Under the pieces are notes generated by a model that did not search any database, was not told where the DNA came from, and saw nothing but the letters and a program-made list of their open reading frames with translations. This document shows positions 12,962 to 24,780 of a stretch of 64,000 nt of DNA, in pieces. How positions within the stretch are numbered: position 1 is the stretch's first letter; every line of letters starts with the position of its first letter. The position numbers and the translations under genes are program-made. This stretch comes from Chiloscyllium plagiosum (lineage: Eukaryota), in the NCBI RefSeq assembly GCF_004010195.1, contig NC_057718.1, positions 94,535,205 to 94,599,204 of the forward strand, in the 5' to 3' direction.

Positions 12962-13210
12962 TCAAAAATGGAAGTTGCTGGAAAAGCTCAGCAGGGTTGG
13001 CAGCGACTGTGAAGAGAAATCGGAGTTAATGTTTCGGGTCCCATGACCCTTCCTCAGGTGGGTTCTCGGAACTGTTCTGAGGAAGGGTCACCGGACCCGA
13101 AACTTTAACTCTGATTTCTCTTCACAGATGCTGCCAGACCAGCTGAGCTTTTCCAGCAACTTCTGTTTCTGTTGCTGATTTACAGTATCTGCAGTTCTTT
13201 TGGTTTCTAT
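12962..13210. mobile_element. PLE family C palindromic mini-element with two opposed hammerheads
   Basis: About 95-bp inverted arms (GAAGTTGCTGGAAAAGCTCAGC.. / ..GCTGAGCTTTTCCAGCAACTTC); hammerhead cores at 13074-13109 (+) and about 13025-13058 (-). Confidence 0.8.
13074..13109 (+). ncRNA. Minimal hammerhead motif (family C), one change in helix III
   Basis: gtt-CTGAGGA-a-gggtc(accg)gaccc-GAAA-cttt-aac; the opposite copy reads GAAA-catt-aac, implying an ancestral GAAACGTT. Confidence 0.7.
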
Positions 13211-14437
13211 TTTTGTGTGGTGCTTTTCAAATAAAGGCATGTGGCTCGGGAGCGATTGTGTGATGTTTTTGGCACTGCGACATGATCTTAACTGTAGAGA
13301 TGGGGATGGTCGCCAGTCATCAAACATAGATTCATAGAGATGTGCAGCATGGAAAAAACCCTTCAGTCCAACTTGTCCATGATATCCTAAATTAATTCCT
13401 TTTGCCAGCACTTCAGGACTCTGAAGAAGAGTTGCACCCGAAACATTGACTTCTCCACCTCATGGTGCTGCCTGGCTTGCTGTATTCTTCCAGCCTCCTG
13501 CCTGTCTATTCCGTCACATCCTCTGGCAGCTGGCAGAGGGGGCAGCAGAGAGTGAGGATGACTTTCTGAGGGTTCCTCAAGGTTTCGTAAGGAAAGCTTC
13601 CACATCTCCATCCCATTCCCTCCACTTTGACATCTTGAACTCCTCTGCCTGGAAACTCCCAGCCACTAAACTCAGGCCAGGAACTAACCCCCTTGCCTCT
13701 CCTATTCCAACTGTAATCTCCTGATAACATTAACCAGAAATAATTCACCATGCAGATGAGCTTCAAGAGTTAAAATGGATCCAGGCTTTATGCTAGATGG
13801 GCTGTGGGGACACAATTAAAATTGGATCTGGAACATGGTTTTGAAGACACCAAAGGAATACCTTGCGTCAGGTGGAAGGCAGTATTAAATGGGTCCAGAC
13901 CAGAGGCAGGTACAGACTCACTGTCAGAGTTAAAAAGAGGATCTGCTCTGAAAGTAATGGGCAAAGCTCAAGGTGGGTAAGTCACTGAGTCCTTATTGCA
14001 TCAACTGTACACTCACAAATTGCAGATTTATTACGTTCTCAAACAAGCAATGTCATTTCTTTCCTTATTAGTAAAAGCAAACTAACATGGAAATGTGAAA
14101 GACAAACAGCGTGTTCTGTTTTCATTGTTATTTCCTTTCCATTGGTCAGGACAATCCTTGGCTGCTCAGTGCAATTTCCTCTAGAATGACATGATTGCTG
14201 ACAGGAACCCAAAAGCTGCACAGTTGGGCGTCCCTTGAACTGCTGTGTACAGATTAATTCCATGTTACGGGTTGAATCAACGGGAAAGGGTGCCACTCTG
14301 GAGCAGTTTATGACCAGGGACATAGCACCGGATGCTGGAAATCACAGCAATGCCTGATTACTGTCCCAGGTTAACCAGTCCCAGTCCAGGAGCCAAGCCT
14401 TCTGTTTAACTGTTGCCTGGCACTATTTGAGTATGCG

Positions 14438-14575
14438 AGGTAAAAACAATGACTGCAGATGCTGGAAACCAGATTCTGGATTAGTGGTGCTGGAAGAGCA
14501 CAGCAGTTCAGGCAGCATCCAAGGAGCAGCGAAATCGACGTTGCGGGCAAAAGCCCTTCATCAGGAATCAGGAAC
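14438..14575 (-). mobile_element. PLE family A terminal repeat with 17-bp TSD
   Basis: TSD CACTATTTGA(G/A)TATGCG at 14421-14437 and 14576-14592; minus strand attc-CTGATGA-a-gggc(tttt)gccc-GCAA-cgtc. Confidence 0.85.
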
Positions 14576-14592
14576 CACTATTTGAATATGCG

Positions 14593-15092
14593 GATAGTGA
14601 GGACTACAGATGCTGGAAGATTAGAGTCCATAAAAATATGGTGCTGGAAACAGCACAGCAGGTCAGGCAGCATCAGAGGAGCAGGGCAGTGGATGTTTCA
14701 GGTCAGGATCTTTCAAGAACTAGAGGGCATAGGTTTAGGGTGAGAGGGGAAAGATATAAAGGGCAACTTTTTCAAGCAGAGGATGGTACATATATGGAGT
14801 GAGCTGCCAGAGGAAGTGGTGGAGGCTAGTACAATTGTAACATTTAAAAGGCATTTGGATGGGTATATGAATAGGAAGGGTTTGGAGGGCTATTGGCCGG
14901 GTGCTGGCAGGTGGGACTAGATTGGGTTAGGATAAGTTGGACCGAAGGGTCTGTTTCCGTGCTGTACATCTCTATGACTCTATGACTCTATCAGGATGAA
15001 AGGGTCCGACCTGGAATGTTGACTCTCCTGCTCCTCAGATGCTGCTTGATCTGCTGTGCATTTTCCAGCTCCACATTTTATCGACTCTGAGA
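14593..15092. mobile_element. PLE family A palindromic element split at its centre by a CR1 3' end (about 14716-14990, +)
   Basis: Left arm 14593-14714 and right arm 14991-15092 are reverse complements; between them is CR1 RTRGHRFRVRGE... ending in (CTATGACT)n. Confidence 0.8.
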
Positions 15093-15224
15093 CTATGACA
15101 ATGTGAAATGCCAAAGCTGATTTCCTCTTTCATGTTTTTATTCATTCACAAGAGGAGGGTGTCGTTGCCCAGCCCAGCATTTATTATCCATCGCTAATTG
15201 CCCAGAGGGCAGTTCAGACAAACG

Positions 15225-16280
15225 TTTCTCATCTGTCTTTACTCAGGAGAGGGAGGATGTAGGTATAAGATTTCAGACGATGATGGACTGTGAGGCTCAT
15301 GAGCAGTTTGATATAGGGAACGAGGAGGTATTTGAGGATTTTTTAGGAGTTAAAAATGGACAAATCCCAACACAGATAGGTTATATCCCAGGCTGCTGCG
15401 AGAGTTGAGGGAGGAAATCACAGAGGTTTAATTCCTCCTTGGGTACAGGGCAGGTGCCAGAGGACTGGAGTACAGCTAATGTGGTTCCACTTTTCAAGAA
15501 GGTTAAGAGAGATGGATCAAGGAACTATAGCGTAGTGGGTCTAACCTCAATGGTAGGAAACCCATTGAGAAAATCCTGAAGGAGAAAATTAATCTTCATG
15601 CAGAGAAGAGAGGTTTGATTAGGGGTAGACTGCATGGCTTTGTCAGAGGGAAGTCATGCTTAACAGGTCTGGTGGAATTTTTCAAAGTGGTGACCAAGTA
15701 GTGACCAAGATGCATTTAGGGCAGCAAGTCCTTCGATAAGGTTTCCCATGGGTGACTGATAAAGAAGGCTAAAGCATATGGGATCCAGGGTAACTTGGCA
15801 AGTGATAGGAGACAGAGGCTGGTGGGAGAAGGCTGTTTGTGTGATTGGAGCCCAGGGTACAGGGGTGTACCACAGGGATTGGTGCTGGGTCCCTTATTGT
15901 TTGTGATATTCATAGATGATGTAGATGAGAATGTAGGGGGATGACAAGTAAATCTGCAGATGACACAAAGATTGGTTGGGTAGCTGACAGTGAGGTGGAA
16001 GGTTATAGGTTACAGGAGGATATAGACAGATTGGTTAGATGGCAAATGGACTTTAACCTCAATAAATGTGAGGTGACACACTTTGGAATAAATAGTTCTT
16101 TACCACAGGAAGTGGTTAAGGCCAAAATATTGTGTGTTCCAAGAAGGATATAGTTATAGATATAGTTCTTGTGGCTAAAGGGATATGGGGGGAGGGCAGG
16201 ATTAGGATATTAAAGGGATCAACGATCATCCATGATCATATTGAATCGTGAAGCTGGCTAGGAGGGCCGAATGGCCTACT
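15225..16280 (+). mobile_element. CR1 ORF2 RT fragment with internal deletions
   Basis: VPEDWSTANVVPLFKK, HGFVRGKSCLT, GVPQGLVLGPLLF, KSADDTKIG, then a CR1 3' UTR. Confidence 0.9.
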
Positions 16281-17227
16281 CTGGTTCCAAATTTCAGTGA
16301 ATCTGAATGGAGAGTGGTCAGGGGTCTGTTGGAACCATCCATAAATCAGTTAAGGGGATTGGACAGTGGTCTGCAACGTATTCAGGAGGGGTTTCAGAGA
16401 ATACTGTTTCAGGGAGAGAGGCAGGAAGACCCATTGGAGGCAGCAACCTGGAATGGGGAGGCAGCATGGTAAAGAGCAGTTAGTCAAAGGGAGAAGGGAG
16501 GGAACCAGTGGAGGATGGGAGGAGCTGGAATGCTGCAGGAGGAGGCTGACAGACGCTCAACACCACAATGGACCTGAAGGGGGGAGTGTACATCATGGCC
16601 GTAGGCAGGACTAAGCTGTAGCTTAGGGTAAGGATGAGGGTAGCAGGTGTAACACCAGCTGATGAGTGGGGAACATGACAGTCAGATAGCTCAGGTGTAT
16701 AGGGGAAGCTTAGCCTGCTAATCACGGCTCCTTGAAAGTAATGTATGACCAGCATCCCCTTCCAAGATCTCTCGGTTCCTAAATGTCACCTCTGATTGGA
16801 AAATATCTGCGACCGGACCAGAGTGGGCAGAGTTAGTGCTTTGTTTCTGGGTTACAAGTTGGGCTCATCCTGTGAATGATGGGGCAATTGCTGAAGCCAA
16901 CTGCCATTGATCTGAGCGTGTGTGGGCAGTGCATTACAGTGTACAACTGCAAATACTGGTCACAATCAACCACAACCATTTATTGACTTTGTGGATTGTA
17001 GAAAGAAGTCATCCAGACAACTTTAAAAGGGGCACATGTGCGTGCAGAACTAATGCAAGACCTCATTGGCTTCATAGATGCACAGAACTGACTCCCTCTC
17101 AAGTTGGACAATGCAACTATGCAGTATTTGCAATTATGTCTGTTACAGTTGACATAAGGCTGAGTTCAGAACTCTTGCTGTAATTGCAATTTCCTAATGA
17201 CCCTTTGCAATATTGCAATATGCAATA

Positions 17228-18465
17228 CAGGATTTATATGTATTTGGAAAGGCAAGGACTGATTAGGGATAGTCAGCATGGCTTTGTGTATGGGAAATCT
17301 TGTCTCACGAACTTGATTGAGTTTTTTTGAAGAAGTAACACAGAAGATTGATGAGGGCAGAGTGGTGGAATTGATCTATATGGACTTAAGTAAGGTGTTT
17401 GATAAGGTTCCCCAAAGGAGGTTGGTTAGTAAGTTTAGATCCCATGGAATACAGGGAGAAGTTGCAATTTGGATATAGAACTGGCTCGAAGGTAGAAGAC
17501 AGATGGTGGTGGTGGAGAGTTGTTTTTCAGACTGGAGGCCTGTGACCAATGAAGTGCCACAAGGATCAGTGCTGGGTCCACTACTTTTTGTCATTTACAT
17601 AAATGATTTGAATGTGAACATAGGAGGTGTAATTAGTAAGTTTGCAAATGACAGCAAAATTGGAGGTGTAGTGGACAGCGAAGAAGATTAGCTCAGAGTA
17701 CAACAGGATCTAGATCAGATGGGCCAATGGGCTGAGAAGTGGCAGGTGGAGTTTAATTTGGATAAATGCGAGGTGCTGCATTTTGGAAAAGCAAATCATA
17801 GCAGAACTTATACACTTAACTTTAGGATGCGAGCTGAACAAAGAGACCTTGGAATGCACATTCATAGTTCCTTGAAAGTAGAGTCGCAGGTAAATTGGAT
17901 AGTGAAGAAGGCATTTGATATGCTTGTCTTTTTTGGTCAGAGCATTGAATAGAGGAGTTGGGAGGTCATGTTGCGGCTGTACAGGACATTGGTTAGGCCA
18001 CTTTTGGAATATCGCGAGCAATTCTGGTCTCCTTCCTATTGGAAAGATGTTGTGAAACTTGAAAGGGTTCTGAAAAGATTTACAAGGATTTTGCCCGGAA
18101 TGAAGGATCTGAGCTATTGGGAGAGGCTGAATAGGCTGGGCTGTTTTCCCTGGGGCGTCGGAGGCTGAGGGGTGACCTTATAGAGGTTTATAAAATCATG
18201 AGGGGCATGGATAGGATAAATAGACAAAGTCTCTTCCCTGGGGTGAGGGAATCCAGAACTAGAGGGCATAGGTTTAGGGTGAGAGGGGAAGGATATAAAA
18301 GAGACCTAAGGGGCAACTTTTTCACGCAGAGGGTGGTACGTGTATGGAATGAGCTGCCAGAGGAAGTGGTGGAGGCTCGTACAATTGCAACATTTAAACG
18401 GCATCTGGATGGATATATGAATAGGAAGGGTTTCAAGGGATATGGGACAAGTGTTGGCAAATGTA
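17228..18465 (+). mobile_element. CR1 LINE, 5'-truncated RT plus C-terminus (pseudogenised)
   Basis: ORFs 17503-18476: [57 protein letters not shown]; stops and frameshifts. Confidence 0.95.
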
Positions 18466-18469
18466 CATA

Positions 18470-18745
18470 TCCCTAATGCAGGGTGGGATAAACTGCACAC
18501 CCATCATACTCTGAGGGCCATACCTCCTCACAGTTGACCTCATCCATGGTAAAAGGTTCCATTCCATCAATGTACAAGTGATCTATTATCATCAGTCCCA
18601 TTGCTTAGACGGCTGTGCCCGGTACTCAGGGAGCTGCCATGACTACTAAATCCTTAGGAAGTCTCCTGCTCCGGCTTCCTTCAAGGTCCAGCTGCCTTTG
18701 CACATGATGGGTGGGAGAATCGGATAAAGAGGGGCCCCACAGGGA
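18470..18745 (+). mobile_element. PIF/Harbinger (HARBI1-like) DDE transposase fragment, decayed
   Basis: MQGGINCTPI (cf. VQGxIDCTH), then from 18548 GKRFHSINVQVIYYHQSHCLDGCARYSGSCHDY*ILRKS (cf. NRKGFHSLNVQxVCD...CARYPGSxHD..IL), and a GW..DK remnant. Confidence 0.8.
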
Positions 18746-18937
18746 CAACGTACCTAGGTAATGATGTGAGTTTGTGTCGGTGACAAGAGAAAACTGGCTC
18801 AGCTCCCTCGGGAGTAACCACCATGAATTTTAATAAAGCTGACACTTCACCAATTTCTGATAATAGTCAGCCCAAAGGTTCCATCTTAGGATCATCAAGG
18901 TGGTCACTAATAAATCTTGAAGGAAGCTAGGGGAAAT

Positions 18938-19710
18938 TAATTTGATTTGATTGCTGTCACATGTACCGAGATACAGTGAAAAGTGTTGTTTTACATGCAA
19001 ATTGTACCATACTAAGTAGGGAAGGAAGGTCTTATGAGGAAAAGCTGAGGGACTTGAGGCTGTTTTTGTTAGAGAGAAGAAACTGGAGAGGTGACATAAT
19101 TGAGACATATAAGATAATCAGAGGGTTAGTTAGGATAGACAGTGAGAACCTTTTTCCCCGGATGGCAATGGCTAGCAGGAGGGGACATAGCTTAAAATTG
19201 AGGGGTGATAGATGTAGGACAGATGTCAGAGGCAGTTTGTTTACTCAGAGAGTAGTAGGGGCATGGAATATACTGTCTGCAGCAGTAGTGGACTCGCCAA
19301 CTTTAAGGGCATTTAAATGGTCATTGGATAGGTATATGGACGAGAATGGAATAGTATAGGTTAGATGGGTTTCAGATTGGTTCCACACGTTGGTGCAACA
19401 TCGAGGGCTGAAGGGCCTATAGTGCGCTGTAATTTTCTATGTTCTAAGTGCACCAGGGCAGCAGAGCAGAGAACTGAATACAGTGCTACAGCAGAGAGAG
19501 AGAGAAAGAGAGATCAGAATGAACATTTGAAAGATCTATTCAAAAGTCTGATAACAGCGGGGAAGAAGCTGACCTTGAATCTATTTGTACGTGTATTCAA
19601 ACCTTTATATTTTCTGCCCGCTGGAAGAAGGTGGAAGAGAGTATAATCGAGGTGGGAGGGGTCTTTGATGATGTTGGCTGCTTTCCCGAGGCAGTGGGAA
19701 GTGTAGATGC
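18938..19710 (-). mobile_element. Rex1/Babar LINE 3' fragment, interrupted by CR1
   Basis: Minus strand AANIIKDPSHLDYTLFHLLPAGRKYKGLNTRTNRFKVSFFPAVIRLLN; (ATCAA)n tail at about 18940. Confidence 0.82.
19017..19447 (+). mobile_element. CR1 3' fragment (TTCTATG-tail subfamily)
   Basis: ORF 18961-19359 EGRSYEEKLRDL.LF.LERR..RGDIIETYKII...FTQRVVGAWN. Confidence 0.92.
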
Positions 19711-20549
19711 CATTACTCAGAGAGTGGTTGGATTGTGGAACCCATTATTACTGGGAGCAGCTAAGGTAATTAATATAAATCCATTTAAGGAGAAATTGAA
19801 TAAACACTCGAAACAGAAAGGAGAAGCATATGAAAATAGGGTGAGATGAAGTCAAATGGGAAGATGTCTGAGTAGAACAGACACACTGGTGTAGACAAAG
19901 CTGGGTAAATAGAAAGCTCAATGCCCAAAATCAGTCTTTGATTCACGTGAGGAATTGTACTTTGTTCTTTCAGTAATACTGCTGCCAAGAAATTCACTGA
20001 ATCAAGGTTCATTTTTTCTGCTCAAGTCTAACTTGTGCACACACACTCTTCAGGAAGTAACCCCCTACGTCAGGAGTGCAGTAACCCTGCGGAGCGTCCT
20101 ACACTCAGAATGAATTTCCAGTCTGTGCACTAAATATTGGCCAATTATTCAGTCATGAGTGCTGCAGCTGTCAAGTCCAATTCAATCTTTAACGAACAGT
20201 ACACAGTTGGCATTGGCTGCATAACAAACCAAAGAAATATTGATTTTTCACCTCCTCTCAACCCCTACTGATTGCTGACAAACCATTATTTCTATTGAGC
20301 AGTAATTTGGATGTGTTTGAAGTCAGAAATATGGGCATAATTTGAAGAGAGACAGAGACGTGTGTGTGTGTGGAGGGGGGTGCGGTTGGTGATGGCTGGC
20401 CAAACAAAGTGGTTGGATTACAACAGAGGAAAAAAAAAACTTGCTAACAGCAATCTCCAGTATTATTAAAGTAGATGGCTAGAGTTTTGCTGTAAATGCA
20501 TATAGGAATCCATCTGTGCTAAAGAGGTGGGAGGGACCATTGAAAAACA

Positions 20550-20668
20550 ATGATGAAAAGCTAGCTTCTGCCTGAAATGTTGATTCTCCTGCTCCTCGGA
20601 TGCTGCCTGACCTGCACCACACTCTGGACTCTGATCTCCAGCATCTGCAGTCCTCACTTTCTCCTAGC
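20550..20668 (+). mobile_element. PLE family A terminal repeat (degenerate hammerhead)
   Basis: GAAATGTTGATTCTCCTGCTCCTCGGATGCTGCCTGACC...CAGCATCTGCAGTCCTCACTTTCTCC. Confidence 0.8.
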
Positions 20669-20771
20669 TTAATGCTTTGTCAAGTCGGAGTGGGGGAGCA
20701 AGTAGATACAGAAATTAAAATCAGGTGCGATATGTGACCAAAGCTGACACTAACACTCACTTTATACTGAT

Positions 20772-20952
20772 TCGGAGGAGTCGGTGTTGGACTGGGGTGT
20801 ACAAAGTTAAAAATCACACAACACCAGGTTATAGTCCAACAGGTCTATTTGGAGGCACTAGCTTTCGGAGCGCTGCTTCTACAACCACCTGATGAAGGAG
20901 CATTGCCTCCAAATAAACCTGTTGGACTATAACCTGGTGTTGTGTGATTTTT
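20772..20952. mobile_element. PLE family B palindromic mini-element
   Basis: Inverted arms AAAAATCACACAACACCAGGTTATAGTCCAACAGG / CCTGTTGGACTATAACCTGGTGTTGTGTGATTTTT; centre holds partial hammerheads on both strands; flanks CAC(T/C)TTATACT. Confidence 0.75.
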
Positions 20953-21754
20953 CACCTTATACTATTCCCCAAGGTCACAATTACCTGCACACCTTCTTTT
21001 AAAGATGAACAGTACCAGTTAGATAAACAATTCTATAACCTTACCCTGACGATATATATGACAATATCTGCTAATATCAACATGCGTAACCTGATGACTA
21101 ACATTACAAGAGAAATCTAGCCCTACTAATTGTAAGGCAGGAATTATTCAGCAACTATGTACTGGAGAAAGAGTAACGTGCAGGTACGACAGTTTTGTTC
21201 AATGCATCTTTTGTTTCTTTGTCATTATTATCAGATATTTCTTCCTGATCTTTTTATTAAATGAAGTTTTTCATTGCCATGGAAACCCTCAAATGTATTC
21301 GAGTTCAACAAAAGGTTTTGAATCCCATCTAGCTCAAGGACACTGTTGCTATGTCAGATTTACAAAATTAACAAGACTGCACCCAACATTCATAAATGAA
21401 ATTTGGTTTGATGTTCAGCTCATAAACTATTATTATAAGGAGCTATTCATGCAATTGATAAATGATCCAAGACTTAGTGGCTGCATGTGTATTGACAACG
21501 GTGCTTTTAGTACACACCAATTATCATATTATTTTACTCTTTGATTATCAACAAAGACATTCTTTCTTTAAATCTGTGACGCTCAGATGTACATGCTGGT
21601 ACCCATCATTTTCAAGGAACTACATGAGGTTACGTATTGTCAGACACATTTTCCCACATTAAGTCGAAGATAAGTCATGAAATTCCTTTAGCTGAATATC
21701 ATGAAGGCTAATTCCATTGTTTCTAACCCCACCCATGGATACTCTTCCCTGGAA

Positions 21755-22648
21755 TCATAGAATCACTACAGTGTAGAAGCAGGCCATTCGGCCCATCGAG
21801 TCCACACCGACCCTCCGAAGACCCACCCCATCCATGTAACCCTGCATTTCTCATGGCTAACCCACCTAGCCTATACAAGCCTGGACACTATGGGCAATGA
21901 ATGGATTAGAGTGGTGCTGGAAAAGCACAGCAGTTCAGGCAGCATTTGAGGAGCAGTAAAATCGATGTTTCGGGCAAAAGCCCTTCATCAGGAATACATG
22001 CAGAGAGCCTAAAGGGTGGAGAGATAAATGAGGGGAGGATGGAGTTGAAATACTGCTTGTTGAGAGTATGAATTCTCCTGAGGATGGAGTACAGAAGGGA
22101 TCCTTTGCAGTTCTGAGAGGGTGTGGCCCTCAGCTGAGGCAGGGCTGACTGTAGAGAGGTTAGGTGCCGGCGCATTGCTGCGAGCATGGAGCAGAGGATC
22201 TTGAAGGAGAACCGTTGCTGGTGTTTTTGAATCTGTAGTCTGTACTGTTTGTCCTGTTCGGTTCCGAACTCTGCTGGCTTAAAGGTGGTCCGGAGTCCAT
22301 GTGGGATGAGTTGGTTACGGAGGCAGGAACTGAGGAAGCAAATGTGGCTGTAGTAGCGAGTCTGGACATGGTTGAAGAGCTTCAGGGCAGAGGAAATGAC
22401 CTGGGAGTTGCAGTGGGAGGGGGACTCCCTGAGATTCTTGTAGAGAGAGGAGGAAAACTTCTTCAAGGCAGGCATCCTTGCAAGAGGATTACCTACTATG
22501 GGCAATGAAGCATGGCCAATGCACCAAACCTGCACATCTTTGGAGTGTGGGAGGAAACTGGAGCACACCCACAGGGTAGAATTGAACCTGGGTGCTTGGC
22601 GCTGTGAGGCAGTACTGCTAACCACTGAGCCACCATGACACCCTTGCC
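21755..22648 (-). mobile_element. HE1 V-SINE split by a PLE insertion
   Basis: 3' part 21755-21901, 5' part 22495-22648 with tRNA head on the minus strand. Confidence 0.85.
21902..22494 (-). mobile_element. Internally deleted PLE family A (ORF N-terminus fused to hammerhead-bearing terminal repeat), 15-bp TSD
   Basis: TSD ACTATGGGCAATGAA at 21887-21901 and 22495-22509; open frame with HICFLSSCLRNQLIPHGL (PLE N-terminal FLxxC..IPxGL motif); core CTGATGA-a-gggc(tttt)gccc-GAAA-catc. Confidence 0.82.
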
Positions 22649-22924
22649 ACTGACACTCCTCCGTCCTCACTACTTGCCTTTCATGTCCTGTTCAGACCTT
22701 TGATAAGTTTCTAATCTGAAACACCAGCACTGATCAGGTCCTTAACTTCCTCCTCTATGCCCTTAATCCTTCCAATGACCTACTGCTGGCAAGCTACTGT
22801 CCCCGTTACTGAAATGTTTTCCTTGCTTGCCTTCCATCTGTTCAGAAACTACAAGTAATTTTATTGCAAGATGTAAATATTCCTTTTGCAAAGTTGAAAC
22901 TACCACAATCACAAATTTTTACTA

Positions 22925-23390
22925 AGAATCAACCCTGGATGACAGATGGTGGACATTATTTTCAATAAAAATCTGGAATTAAGAGTCTGATGATGATCAT
23001 GATTATTGGGAAAACTCCATCTGGTTCACTGATGTCCTTTACTGGTCTTTGGAGGAGCCGGTGTTGGACTGGGGTGTGCAAAGTTAAAAATCACACATCA
23101 CCAGGTTGTAGTCCAACAGGTTTATTTGGAATCACCAACTTTTAGGAGCACGACTACTTCATCAGGTGGTTTTGGGAGCAGCACTCCGAAAGCTAGTGAT
23201 TCCAAATAAACCTGTTGGACTATAACCTGCTGTTGTGTGATTTTTAACTTTACTGGTCTGGCCTACATGTGACTCCAGACCCACAGCAACGTGGTTGACT
23301 CTTAGCTGACCTATGAACAATCAGGGATGGGCGATAAATGGTGACCTAGCTAGTGACACCCTCATCTTGAGTGAATGAATAAACAAAACA
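22925..23390 (+). mobile_element. SINE sharing its 3' tail with the CR1-group (L2/Crack-like) LINE; contains a PLE-B insertion
   Basis: GGTCTGGCCTACATGTGACTCCAGACCCACAGCAA...CAATCAGGGATGGGCGATAAATG...GAATGAATAAA; tail resembles 44720-44800; copies at 25240 and 56955. Confidence 0.75.
23049..23247. mobile_element. PLE family B palindromic mini-element, 12-bp TSD
   Basis: TSD CTTTACTGGTCT at 23037-23048 and 23248-23259; inverted arms; hammerhead remnants at the centre. Confidence 0.8.
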
Positions 23391-23759
23391 AATAGTTTGG
23401 AAGATATATGTTTGTATCTTGAGCTTATATGGTCTTTGTTTAATTATTAATCATTGATCAATAATTAAATTCTTAAGTTATGACTTCTGTCCAGCTCCGC
23501 CAATGTTTTTTTAATAACTCATTTAAAAGCTGTAACATTTGACAGTAAATACATGCGTTTCTTTTGCAACTGGTTTCAGCTCATTGCTACCCCACACCTT
23601 GTTACACCCAGTTAGTAATATTGACTCCTGTTCCTCAGAAACAGAACCTATACGATTAACAAACACAGGTCCACCAGGCAATCAAACAATTCTGACACAC
23701 ACACAACCTAAACCTACAAATCCATTACTGAAGAAGTCAACAGTTCTCATCTCTTGTAT

Positions 23760-24010
23760 CTGAGGGGTGATAGATATAGAACAGATGTCAGAGGTAGTTT
23801 CTTTACTCAGAGAGTATTAGGGGCATGGTACGTACTGCCTCCAACAGTAGTAGACTCGCAAACTTTAAGGGCATTTAAATGGTCATTGGATCGACATATG
23901 GACGAGAATGGCATAGTGTAGATTAGACAGGTTTCACATTGGTTCCACAGGTCGGCACAACATTAAGGGCCGAAGGGCCTGTACTACATTGTAATGTTCT
24001 ATGTTCTAAG
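23760..24010 (+). mobile_element. CR1 3' end (TTCTATG tail)
   Basis: Closely similar to 19200-19447. Confidence 0.88.
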
Positions 24011-24289
24011 GAATTGAACATAGCTAGCATCCAAAACCATGGTGAAATCACCAATGCATGGTGGTGTAAATGTAATGATTTATTTTCAGAATGATTTGCT
24101 TATTTCTTGTCCAATATGTCCCAAAGGAGTTGGGAGAAATGAGAGAAATATTGAAGGTTTTTTGATCTTTGAAGGTTGATCTCTGAATGTTACTGATTTG
24201 CTGATTGGGGTATTGGTCTCATGCTTAGTGGACATTTGATTTTCTACCCTTAACAGATGTTTTATTTGAACCAACCTTAGCATATGTTG

Positions 24290-24460
24290 TGATATGGAGG
24301 TGCCAGTGTTGGATTGGGGTGGACAAAGTCAGAAGTCTCATGATACCAGGTTATAGCCCAACAGGTTTATTTGAAATCAAAAGGTTTAGGAACGCTTAAG
24401 TTTGTGATTTCAAACAAACCTATTGGACCATAACCTGGTGTCATTTAATATCTGGCTTGA
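24290..24460. mobile_element. Older PLE family B palindromic mini-element
   Basis: ACCAGGTTATAG..CAACAGGTTTATTTGAAATC / GATTTCAAACAAACCTATTGGACCATAACCTGGT. Confidence 0.7.
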
Positions 24461-24519
24461 ATGTCAGGTATGATAACTTTGTAAGACAAGCATCTACAGG
24501 CGTTGATCATGAGAACAAT

Positions 24520-24780
24520 AAGGAGTTGCATTTACATAGCACTTTGATGAATGCCTGATGTCTCAAAGTATTGTACAGCCAATGAAGTAGTTCAGATGTG
24601 CAGTTGTTGTTATAATATAGGAAGTGCACAGCAAGGTGCAACAAGCAGCCATGTGATGATGCGTTTGTTGGGATGTTGACTGATGGACAAAGATTGGCCA
24701 GGGCCCTGGGGAAAGATCGCTAGCTCTCCTTTCAGGATGTGGTAGAGAAGGGCATTGGGCTTGCCACATTGATCTTGTTA
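24520..24780 (-). mobile_element. DeuSINE (SacSINE1-like), decayed
   Basis: Minus strand CCTGGCCAATCTTTGTCCATCAGTCAACATC...CTTCATTGGCTGTACAATACTTTG...GCTATGTAAATGCAA. Confidence 0.65.

Noticed and set aside
21906..22670. Longest ORF (254 aa) as a host gene
   Set aside because: It is a chance in-frame chimera of HE1 SINE, PLE N-terminus and PLE terminal repeat, with a TSD inside it.
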